From contig OY730476.1 in assembly GCA_963422735.1 (NCBI GenBank), positions 4,768,001 through 4,832,000 on the forward strand: 64,000 bases of DNA, in the 5' to 3' direction. The DNA is from Candidatus Latescibacterota bacterium. GTDB lineage: Bacteria > Latescibacterota > UBA2968 > UBA8231. The notes under the pieces are model-generated. The model saw nothing but the letters and a program-made list of their open reading frames with translations. It was not told the DNA's origin and searched no databases. Shown piece by piece: positions 19,799 to 28,271 of this stretch (positions within the stretch are counted from its first letter, which is position 1; every line of letters starts with the position of its first letter). A program made the position numbers and the translations under genes.

Positions 19799-20591
19799 GA
19801 CAGTCGTTATCACCGGTGCTTCTGCGGGCTTGGGCGCGACGCTGGCGCGGGAATGCGCCCAGCAGGGTGCGCGGCTGGTTATCTTGGCGCGGAATGCCGA
19901 GCGGCTGGAGGCTGTCGCCCGCGAGTGCGAGCAGTTGGGGAGCGAGGTGCTGACCGTCGTCGGGGATGTCGCCCTAGCCGAGGGTGGCAAGCGGCTGGTG
20001 GAGGCCGCGATTGAGGGCTTTGGGCGCATAGACTATTTGGTCGCCAACGCCGGCGTCAGCATGTGGACCGAGTTTGCCGCGATCGAGGATGTGGCCCTGT
20101 TCCGTACGCTGATGGAGGTGAATTACTTGGGGGCCGTGTATTGCGTGCATCCCGCGCTGCCGCATCTAAAGAAAAGCAAGGGCCTATTCGTGGCCATTTC
20201 GTCCATTCAGGGACAGGTGGGGGTGCCGTTGCACACTGGGTACTCGGCGTCCAAACACGCGCTACAGGGGTTTTGCGATGCGCTGCGAATGGAGGTGGCC
20301 TTGAGCGGGGTGGGGGTGATGACCGTGCTCTTGCACTGGCTCGAGGGGACGGAGCTGCGGCAACGCGCACTGGGGAGGGACGGAAAGGCGTTGGGCGACG
20401 CATCGCGCAAACACCGGGCGGGAGCGGTGAGCTCGGCGGCGGCCGCGCAGGCGATTGTGCGCGGGATGCAGAAGCGTCAGCCACAGCTCTACGTGCCTAG
20501 GCGACTCAGATTGCTGGCTATAGCCCACGCCCTGTGGCCGGCGCTGGCCGAGCGAGTCGTCAAGGGGAAGGTGGCGCGGGAGGAAGAGTAG
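19758..20591 (+). CDS. Short-chain dehydrogenase/reductase, DHRS7/DHRS7B-like
   Basis: TGASAGLG, NAG, AISSIQG, YSASKHALQGF; start 19758 or 19773, overlapping the AGPS 3' end. Confidence 0.85.
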   Translation: MEFLGVRAGSLRNKTVVITGASAGLGATLARECAQQGARLVILARNAERLEAVARECEQLGSEVLTVVGDVALAEGGKRLVEAAIEGFGRIDYLVANAGVSMWTEFAAIEDVALFRTLMEVNYLGAVYCVHPALPHLKKSKGLFVAISSIQGQVGVPLHTGYSASKHALQGFCDALRMEVALSGVGVMTVLLHWLEGTELRQRALGRDGKALGDASRKHRAGAVSSAAAAQAIVRGMQKRQPQLYVPRRLRLLAIAHALWPALAERVVKGKVAREEE

Positions 20592-20595
20592 GGGG

Positions 20596-23349
20596 CTACG
20601 ATCGCGTGATGCGGAGCCGTTCGGTCAGTTCGAGATCGTCCAGAATCTGCTGCAATTCCGTCTCCATGTTCTGGGCAAATTGCGAACGGACGCTCACGGT
20701 ACATTCTACGCCGACGCTCAGGTCTTCCCCGTCGCGCAGCTTGGGCAGGATCTTGGTGCCAAGCCGGTTCCACACTTCTGGCGGGACGGTGCCAGCAAGC
20801 CGCAGCGTTGTCTTTTGATTGTCCGGGCTCGGGCCCGATTCAGGCGCTGGCTGAGGTGCTGGCTCTGGGCGCGGCGCGGGTTCCGGGGGCGTCTGCGGCG
20901 AATTTTCAGACGCGGCTTTAAGTTCTTTAGCTTTGGCCTTGGTCAGCAAGAATACATCCGCTTCAAACGCCACTTCCTCGGCTTGGACCGACTCTTCATA
21001 CCACAGCCGATCGTAGTTGCCGTCAGGGTTTGCGCCAGAGGCTAGGCCGAATTCTCCCTTGGACACAAACTCGGTGATCTGGCGACGAAGGGTCATGTCG
21101 GGGTCGATCAACCGCGTTAACGAGCCGTCCAGGAAGCTTTGCCGCAAGCCCAAGAGCGGCCAAGTGCCCGTTTCCTTGAATGCGGGGGGCCAGTGCCGGT
21201 CGATGTAGCCGGTGCCAACGCGCTCGTTGAGCAGCGCCTCGGACTTGAGGGCCGCAATGATCCGCCCGCAGAGCGTCTCGCTGGCGCTCGCGTGACCTGC
21301 CCCGAGGTCGATGATCTTGAGGCCGTTATGACTATGGGAATCCGAAAGCGCCACGAATCGATAGCCGGCCCAGACTTCGTCTTTAGCGGCCTCCTCCATT
21401 TCCTTGACCTTGGCCCGAACTTCGGCGCGGTCGGCATAGTCGAACTCGGCGCCCAGTACCCCCTCTTCTACTTCGTGCGCCACCCGCTGCCAGGCAAGCC
21501 ATAGCTCGACCCGCCCCCGCATCTCCCATCCCGGCTTCTTCGCGCACCAGATCAAGGCGCCCGAGTAAAGCCGCGGCGACTTGCCCCGTTGTCTCGTCCA
21601 GTCGGCGATGCGATCGACGGCCCTGCCTTCCCGCCAGTCGATGGCGGGATCGAAGACGATCAACGCAAGACGTGGAGAATCCGGTATGGCAGTGCTATCA
21701 GCCGGAAAGAAAACGATGGGAAGGCTGGCACCACGCCGAAACTCGCCTTCAACAAGCTTGCGGATTGCTGGTTTGGTCTCGCCTTCCTCGTCCAGCGATG
21801 CACGCCGATCGCTGACGACCTTCTTCAACGTGGCCTGATGGTGGATGCGATAGCCGTCGGTGCCGACCCGGCGGATAAAGAATCCCGATCCTTCGAGTGC
21901 CGTCGCCGCATTGTCGATGGTCGTGGTCTCGACTTGGGGTTCGCCGAGCGCGAAACGCAGTTCGGGCAGATGGGCCACCTTGTCCACCTGGCCCCCGGAG
22001 GACTCGAACAGGATGGTCGTACCCGTGCGGCGGTGGATGTCGCGCAATGCCCCCCGGGTGTCGGCATCCAGAGGTCTGGCACGGGCCGCCGTCCCCACGA
22101 GGTCGGCGTCAATGGCGACGTCGAGCCGCTGCTCGCCCAACTGACCCAGGACCACGGCACGGAACTCCGGCACATCCAGCGGCGCCGATCCCAAGGTGAT
22201 CAGCGGCTCGGTTCGCGCCTTTTGGAAATGCTCGCGCGCCGCCCAGGAAACCCACTGCGCCAGCATCGCGAGTGCCCCACGGGTCTGTTGAAACTGGGCG
22301 AGCGAGCGCCACTTGCGCTGGAACACCGACAGGGTCGCCGGATGGAACGGATAGCACGCCTCGAACCGACCCCGCAGAAACTCCCTTGCCTTGGCCTCCG
22401 TCGTCGCGGTATCGACCGCCAGCCACTCGGCCGGCAGACGGGCCGTGCGCTCGAAACACCAGTCCGCGTAGGTTTTGGCCACTCTTTTACGCATACGCTC
22501 GTTGCCCAAGTCTTCGAACAGACGCCGGCGCACGACTTCGCTGATCTCGGATTCGTCATTGGCGATCAGGTCGCGGGCAACGCGGCGCACCACTTTGGTG
22601 ATCCGCTCCTGCCATTGCTGATCCCAGTCCGTCATTTCGACTTGGCTGCGCGGCAGGCTGATGACCGCTGCTGCTTGCGTGGTGCCGGTGACGGCCACCG
22701 TTAGATTCTGAATAAAGGCGTGAAAGCTCTCGGCCATGCTCCGGTGGCGGTTGACGAAGTTCAGCACTTCATCGAACAACAGCAGCACGGGTGCGTCCGC
22801 AGCGGCGAATACGTTGGCCAGCGTCTCGGTTCCCGGCGGCGTAGCTTTCGCAGCCGCACCGAGCACGGCCACGCCCTTGTCACCCGCCAGTTGACGGGCT
22901 AGGTCGATCCACGGCGTCTCTCGCCCCTGGGCCGGGTCCCAGGCATTGCCGACGAACACGCCGACGCGAGCAGGAGGCGCTTGTGCAATCCCCGCCTCGT
23001 TGAGGAGGTTTGCCACCCCGTGGAACTGGGTGGCCTCCGCGCCGGCATGGGCGATATGGTACAGCGAAGCCAGCGTATGCGTCTTGCCGCCGCCGAACTG
23101 GGTGACGAGCGTCAGAACCGGCGCGGTGTTTCCAGTTTGTCCGGCCAGCCGCCGGAGCACCATTCCCGCATGCTCCTTCAAGGCACGGGTGAAGCAGGTG
23201 CGCGAAAAGAACTGGGCCGGGTCGCAATAGTCCGCCGGTGCTGTACCGGCCACCACCTGCTCTAGGGCGATGGCAAACTCGTCCGGGCTGAACGAGCGGC
23301 CTTCGCGTACTTCCTTGCGGAGCGTGACAACTTTGTACCAAGGGTCCAT
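20596..23349 (-). CDS. DUF499 family ATPase (BREX-related defence system)
   Basis: TQFGGGKTH Walker A; LLLFDE Walker B; YPFHP and FQQTRG motifs; Pro-rich C-terminal linker. Confidence 0.9.
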   Translation of the reverse strand: MDPWYKVVTLRKEVREGRSFSPDEFAIALEQVVAGTAPADYCDPAQFFSRTCFTRALKEHAGMVLRRLAGQTGNTAPVLTLVTQFGGGKTHTLASLYHIAHAGAEATQFHGVANLLNEAGIAQAPPARVGVFVGNAWDPAQGRETPWIDLARQLAGDKGVAVLGAAAKATPPGTETLANVFAAADAPVLLLFDEVLNFVNRHRSMAESFHAFIQNLTVAVTGTTQAAAVISLPRSQVEMTDWDQQWQERITKVVRRVARDLIANDESEISEVVRRRLFEDLGNERMRKRVAKTYADWCFERTARLPAEWLAVDTATTEAKAREFLRGRFEACYPFHPATLSVFQRKWRSLAQFQQTRGALAMLAQWVSWAAREHFQKARTEPLITLGSAPLDVPEFRAVVLGQLGEQRLDVAIDADLVGTAARARPLDADTRGALRDIHRRTGTTILFESSGGQVDKVAHLPELRFALGEPQVETTTIDNAATALEGSGFFIRRVGTDGYRIHHQATLKKVVSDRRASLDEEGETKPAIRKLVEGEFRRGASLPIVFFPADSTAIPDSPRLALIVFDPAIDWREGRAVDRIADWTRQRGKSPRLYSGALIWCAKKPGWEMRGRVELWLAWQRVAHEVEEGVLGAEFDYADRAEVRAKVKEMEEAAKDEVWAGYRFVALSDSHSHNGLKIIDLGAGHASASETLCGRIIAALKSEALLNERVGTGYIDRHWPPAFKETGTWPLLGLRQSFLDGSLTRLIDPDMTLRRQITEFVSKGEFGLASGANPDGNYDRLWYEESVQAEEVAFEADVFLLTKAKAKELKAASENSPQTPPEPAPRPEPAPQPAPESGPSPDNQKTTLRLAGTVPPEVWNRLGTKILPKLRDGEDLSVGVECTVSVRSQFAQNMETELQQILDDLELTERLRITRS

Positions 23350-23379
23350 CTATTGCTACCTCTCAGAATCGCAGTTTTC

Positions 23380-23580
23380 CCGTGCGTTGTTGCGCTCGGC
23401 GGTCGGCAAGAAGCAACGCACACACGGATGTCTTCAGGCTCCGGATCAGAGACGCCCGGAGCGTGGTCTCATGTCTAGGACATGCTCTACGGCAATGTGC
23501 ATATCGCGAATGACGGGTTTGCCGCCGAAGACATCCGGGCGAGCGGTGATGCGTTCGAGCAGTGCTTCTTCAGTAATCAT
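23380..23580 (-). pseudogene. DUF433 (antitoxin-like) pseudogene
   Basis: MITEEALLERITARPDVFGGKPVIRDMHIAVEHVLDM then stop at 23446; EPEDIRVC tail lies in another frame. Confidence 0.8.
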
Positions 23581-23628
23581 GGTTGCTCCTCCAACGATTT
23601 CGGGTTCCGAGCGACATCGTAGAATGGT

Positions 23629-26586
23629 TCACTTCGGCATGACCAGCAGCATGGCGTCGAGTAGGCGTTTTTCGTTGCAGCCTTGAGGATAGAGAGCCGA
23701 CAGCGCGTTGGCAAGGCGGAGAAAGTCCGGGCCGCGGTCCTGCTCGGCGTCGATCAGGGTGCGCAGCGCGCCAGAGTGGCCATTGGCTTGCAGCAGCATG
23801 GCGGCGTGTACACGATCCAGAGTCGTGGCCTTGATTGCTTGCAGCTCTACCTCCCCGTCGGGAACGAGCCTTCTGACTCTGCGCGGATTCCCGACCTTTG
23901 GCGCGGTTTCCAATTCCGGGAAGAGGGTTGTTTGTATGTTGGCACCGCTCTCGACCCAGTCAGCGGCGGCGCTGACGCCGTCTTCGCCGAAGAGTTCCTT
24001 GGCGCGTTCGGACACTGGTAGGAGGCGTACGACGCCTTTTGCTTGGCCGATGACGCGGCCGGTCCAGGTGCTGAGGTCGATGCCCATGGGCTGGGCGAAA
24101 CGGCGCACCACATCGAAAGGCAGGCTGAATCCCTTGGCCGCGGCCTTGGCGGATCCCTCTTCGCCTTCATCGTCTTGGTCGTCGTTGTCGGCGGGTGCTT
24201 CCGTGCTTTGCAGCGTCCAGAGGAACAGCGCGGTCAAGCGGGCGTCTTCTTCGAGTGCGCCGGCCAAACCGTTGCGCGCCGTTGCTTCGGCGCTGCCGAG
24301 CACCTGTTCGAGGGCCGCACGGCCCACCACTTCCCACACCCTCTCCAGATATTCGGGCAGCCTGACCTCGCGGCCATCGACCGTTTCGACGGCGCGATAG
24401 CGGCTGTAGATTTCCAGGGCCGGGCCGATGCAGGCGAATACCAGATCGGCGCCGCGGATGCCTTCGCCTTGCAGGCGCTCCATCCAGTCGCCGACACGAT
24501 TAGGAAGTTCGCGCAGGACATCTGCCCAGTCGCCAACCGGAGCATCTTCGGGGCGAGGGCGGCAGATAAGGTGGACGCTGGTGGCAAGGGCGGCGGAATC
24601 GCGGGCGCGGAGGCGGGTCTCGCTCTCGGTCGCAATCGGCCAGGAGCCGGTGATGGTCCAGCCGCCGCGGATCAGGCCGGAAAGCAGCGCTTCCCAACCC
24701 TCGGTGGTCTTGTGGGCGAAGACGACGGAGCCGACTCCGTCTTCGGCCAGGATGCGGCGGCCCTCGGCAAAGGCTTTCGCCATCGTCTCTTCGAACCATG
24801 CGTCGTCCTTGGGACAGCCATCGCATTGTTTGGTTTCGTCTTGCACCGCTTCGCGAATCTTGGGAGAGAGCGGGTTGGCTGTGTCGAACGGGTCGCGCAG
24901 TAGGGGATGGCCGGGCAGCGTGCGCTTGAGCCAGACGAGAAAGAAGTCGGAGAGGTCCGCGTAGGGAATCGCGTCGTAGTAAGGAGGGTCGGTGAACCAG
25001 ACGCCGGCGGATTGGTCGGGAAGGGGGTGGTTCGTGGCGTCGGCGGGTTGGATCTGGCCTGTCGAAAGTAATGGGAACCCCTCTACGACTTGTTCCACAT
25101 TCGCCAATGCACCGTCGAAATGTTCCGACCTGCCGCCGGAAATTATGGTTTCTGGAAAAGTCCATGTAATTGGTAAGGCATGCATCCCAAAGGCCGGTGC
25201 AACTGATGAGTCTGGCCTTAGCCGTGCGTTGCCGTTACAAGCCCTAGCAAAGCGGTCTAATGCACATGCCAACAGCGCACGTACTGCATCTGAACTGCAC
25301 ACGTTCCCTATTATGTTAGCTATAGCCACCAGCGCCGCCTTCTGCCGCGCGGTGAACAGGTCGCCCCACTGGAGCATGCCGTAGCGTTGCACGCTGAACG
25401 CCCTGCCGGCACCCGAACCGCCGCCGGCAGGCGTCGGCTCATCCGGTATCGGACACATGCCTTGCTTCCCGTCGCGCTCCCATTCCTCCAGGATATGCGC
25501 CACCCGCTCCTGTGCCTTCCGCACCGCTGTATAGTCCGCATCCGTCGGCAGCCGATAGTGCCGCCCTTTCTGCCCCGGCTTGAGCGTCACCACCGCGGCC
25601 ATCCGCGCCCCGCCCGTTCGCCGTCCCTCCGCGTCGAACACCACATCCGCGCCACCTCGCTCCGCCGCAAGCTGCGCCCGCACCCGCTCCGGCGGCAACA
25701 CCGTCTCGCAACAAAGGCAGGTCGCCTTCGCCCGCGTCACGGTGCCGGTGCGCACTTCGCGGTCCGTTTTCGGCTCGAAAACCTCGAACTCCACACGCGG
25801 GGCCGCGCCTTCGGGCCGCTCGACCCGGTGCCGCAGCGCCCGCTTGCGCTTGGGCTTTTTGCACAGCCAGAACGAACGCATAAGCGGGATTTCCGCGCCG
25901 CAGTTCGGCGCTTCGCAGCGCACAGAGCGCGCCCACAAATAGGCAATCGGGGTCGCGCCGTCCGGGTCCTTCGGATAGAGGTCGGCCAACTCCCGCTCGG
26001 CTTTCCGCTTGATCTCGGCCCCGGCCTTGCGCAGTTCATCCGCCAGCTTCGGCCCGTGCCGCGGAATGTCCTCCAGCATCACCTTGAGGATCAGGCAGGC
26101 CACCGGGTTCAGATCGCTGGCGAACGCCTCGCAGCCCAGCCGCAACGCCTCCAGCGGGATGGATCCGCCGCCGGCGAACGGGTCCACGACCACTGGGGTT
26201 TCCTCGCCGTGCGCGGCCTTCACTAATGCATGGCTTACATTGAGATAAGTACGGTTCGCGGCAAGGTCCCAGTTGGCGAAGTCGGCGATGAACTTGAGCA
26301 GGCCACGACGCATTTCCTGATCCGTTTCGCTTGGCCCGCAGCCAACTTGCGGAAGCAGATCACGCGCCCGCCGCTTGAACGCATCGGGGCAGTGCGGGTC
26401 GCACGGGTCCGGCAACAGCAACGCCAGCAGTACCGCCCGCGACGACGCCAAGGGCCGCCGCGCCCACCACAGATGTAGCGTCGAGGGATGGCCGTGGCGA
26501 ATGGACTTCTCGCGCACCGCATGTTTGGAGACCGCGGCGATGGGGAAATCCACTTCGGCGAGGCGTTTGCATTCTTTGGGGATCAT
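23629..26586 (-). CDS. DUF1156 adenine-specific DNA methyltransferase
   Basis: LHLWWARRPL; DPFAGGGSIPLEA (motif I); TDPPYYD (motif IV); Cys pairs. Confidence 0.92.
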   Translation of the reverse strand: MIPKECKRLAEVDFPIAAVSKHAVREKSIRHGHPSTLHLWWARRPLASSRAVLLALLLPDPCDPHCPDAFKRRARDLLPQVGCGPSETDQEMRRGLLKFIADFANWDLAANRTYLNVSHALVKAAHGEETPVVVDPFAGGGSIPLEALRLGCEAFASDLNPVACLILKVMLEDIPRHGPKLADELRKAGAEIKRKAERELADLYPKDPDGATPIAYLWARSVRCEAPNCGAEIPLMRSFWLCKKPKRKRALRHRVERPEGAAPRVEFEVFEPKTDREVRTGTVTRAKATCLCCETVLPPERVRAQLAAERGGADVVFDAEGRRTGGARMAAVVTLKPGQKGRHYRLPTDADYTAVRKAQERVAHILEEWERDGKQGMCPIPDEPTPAGGGSGAGRAFSVQRYGMLQWGDLFTARQKAALVAIANIIGNVCSSDAVRALLACALDRFARACNGNARLRPDSSVAPAFGMHALPITWTFPETIISGGRSEHFDGALANVEQVVEGFPLLSTGQIQPADATNHPLPDQSAGVWFTDPPYYDAIPYADLSDFFLVWLKRTLPGHPLLRDPFDTANPLSPKIREAVQDETKQCDGCPKDDAWFEETMAKAFAEGRRILAEDGVGSVVFAHKTTEGWEALLSGLIRGGWTITGSWPIATESETRLRARDSAALATSVHLICRPRPEDAPVGDWADVLRELPNRVGDWMERLQGEGIRGADLVFACIGPALEIYSRYRAVETVDGREVRLPEYLERVWEVVGRAALEQVLGSAEATARNGLAGALEEDARLTALFLWTLQSTEAPADNDDQDDEGEEGSAKAAAKGFSLPFDVVRRFAQPMGIDLSTWTGRVIGQAKGVVRLLPVSERAKELFGEDGVSAAADWVESGANIQTTLFPELETAPKVGNPRRVRRLVPDGEVELQAIKATTLDRVHAAMLLQANGHSGALRTLIDAEQDRGPDFLRLANALSALYPQGCNEKRLLDAMLLVMPK

Positions 26587-26864
26587 CGAATCTGCTCCTC
26601 GGCCCAGCGGATGGTTTCCGGGATCGTATCCCCGGCCTCCTCCAGCAGAGCCAGCGGGTGGCCCAGGTTATGCACATACGGAAAGTCGATGTCGCGCGCA
26701 ATCATCACGGCCTTGATAGCCTTCTCGGCTGCCTTCTGTGCATGGAAACACAGGTCTTCCAGATAAACATCAGAGCGTCGATGCGACGCCAGGGCCAGAT
26801 TGCTTCTGGCGCGGTTCAGCCACTCCCGTGGGTCGTCGGGCGGATACCGCTCAAGCCGCTTCAT
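26583..26864 (-). pseudogene. HEPN-domain protein, C-terminally truncated (93 aa)
   Basis: WLNRARSNL..CFHAQKAAEKAIKA..FPYVHNL; ends at the methylase ATG without the usual C-terminal RY-containing helix. Confidence 0.75.
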
Positions 26865-27177
26865 ACACGACCCTGCCTTCTTGCAGGGCGGGCCTGATGA
26901 CCAGCGCATGGCTATCCTTGTACCGCTCCACATCCCGCGGAGTTGCCATGACGATATCTACCGCAGTGCCGACGCCGTACAGCCTGCGATAAATCCTGGC
27001 CGTGAGTTTGCGTAAATTCGGTGCATCCTTGACGATGAGCAGGTCCACGTCACTGTGCGGCCCCACTTCCCCCCGGGCAGCAGACCCGAAGAGGATAATC
27101 CGCTCCGGCTGTGCCGCCTCCACGATGCGCCGAATGATCTCGTTCAGCGTGTCTGGATCAAACCCCTGTTGCTTCAT
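26851..27177 (-). CDS. Minimal nucleotidyltransferase (MNT)
   Basis: ILFGSAARG....SDVDLLIV; paired with HEPN. Confidence 0.9.
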   Translation of the reverse strand: MKQQGFDPDTLNEIIRRIVEAAQPERIILFGSAARGEVGPHSDVDLLIVKDAPNLRKLTARIYRRLYGVGTAVDIVMATPRDVERYKDSHALVIRPALQEGRVVYEAA

Positions 27178-27277
27178 GATATGCCATGTCTTTGTAAACC
27201 AAAGCCCACCCGGTACCGTTTGTCTTGAGTCGTATCAGTATCTTGAATCACTTGGTCACGACTAACTTGACAGATCT

Positions 27278-27805
27278 TCAGATATTGCTCCGAATATGTA
27301 TGGCTTCTTCGACCGCGTTCGCAAGGTGTTCAGAAATCCAAGCATATCGTTCCTGGCTGTTTTTTCCTGCCGGAATATAGCACTTGACGATTGATGACAG
27401 TCGCCTACCATCGTTCCCGTAAGAAATGGAATCAAAAGGATTCGCGCCCTGTGACGATATATAGCCGTCTGCATCCTTCAGTCCGTGTATATGTATACCA
27501 ACCACACCCATTTCGTCGTTCCATGACTTGATGATCTCGTGATTGATCCACTTGCGATTTGCCGTTTTTTCTCCAACTAAGACAACAGTGAAGGACCGAC
27601 CGGACATCTGATTTGCGATCCACTTCTTGATTGCCGTGTCTCCACCATTTTTCATCGTCTCCCAATCGTTATCGGTCGCAGGTCTGTTTCCTTCAATGAC
27701 GCCCATATTGCGCACTTGGGCGGCCCGCCAGTTGTCTGGTCCGTAGTGGAAGCTGTAGAAACTCTTCTTTTTTTCATGGTTATAGCATCCTTCACATTTA
27801 GCCAA
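27278..27805 (-). CDS. TIR-domain protein (DUF1863/ThsB-like); likely natural ATG at 27777 is out of frame
   Basis: FYSFHY..DNWRAAQVRN, VVLVGEKTANRKWINHEI with the conserved Glu; only a TTG at 27805 gives an open frame. Confidence 0.8.
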   Translation of the reverse strand: MAKCEGCYNHEKKKSFYSFHYGPDNWRAAQVRNMGVIEGNRPATDNDWETMKNGGDTAIKKWIANQMSGRSFTVVLVGEKTANRKWINHEIIKSWNDEMGVVGIHIHGLKDADGYISSQGANPFDSISYGNDGRRLSSIVKCYIPAGKNSQERYAWISEHLANAVEEAIHIRSNI

Positions 27806-28184
27806 TGATCAGCGCCGCACCGACCGCCAAGCCCAAAGCAACGTAGAATGGCACCAAAGTGATGGAAAAGGTCGCTTTGAGCCACGTTCGTTTGAAAGCA
27901 CAGACATCCATCGAAAAATCGACAGCCGTCTCGTCTAAAGTTCGCACATGGTCGTACAGGTCGCGAAACAACCGCTCCTGCCGAAGGAAGTAGCCGTCCA
28001 GTCCCCAGAAGACCAGCACCGGCACAAAGCCGACCCATGCGAATTCAACGCGCCCTTCCCTGACCAGCAATACGAGCAGTGCCGACACCAGGACCACGGC
28101 CCACCCCTTCATGCGGAACGAAGCTCCGGCGAGACGGTTGATCACGCCTTGGATGAATTCGAGATGCTTGAGTTTTGCTTCCAT
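27798..28184 (-). CDS. Small 3-TM protein of a family commonly found beside TIR genes
   Basis: RBS AAGGAG; KHLEFIQGVINRLA..SF.MKGW, FWGLDGYFLRQERLFRDLYD; three hydrophobic segments. Confidence 0.8.
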   Translation of the reverse strand: MEAKLKHLEFIQGVINRLAGASFRMKGWAVVLVSALLVLLVREGRVEFAWVGFVPVLVFWGLDGYFLRQERLFRDLYDHVRTLDETAVDFSMDVCAFKRTWLKATFSITLVPFYVALGLAVGAALIIG

Positions 28185-28271
28185 GGATCTCTCCTTGGAT
28201 GTTCCGGTCAACTGCGAGTCTTTCCGAAAATTGGACGGCGAAACGACGCCCCTCCAAGCGGTCGGCCGCGC

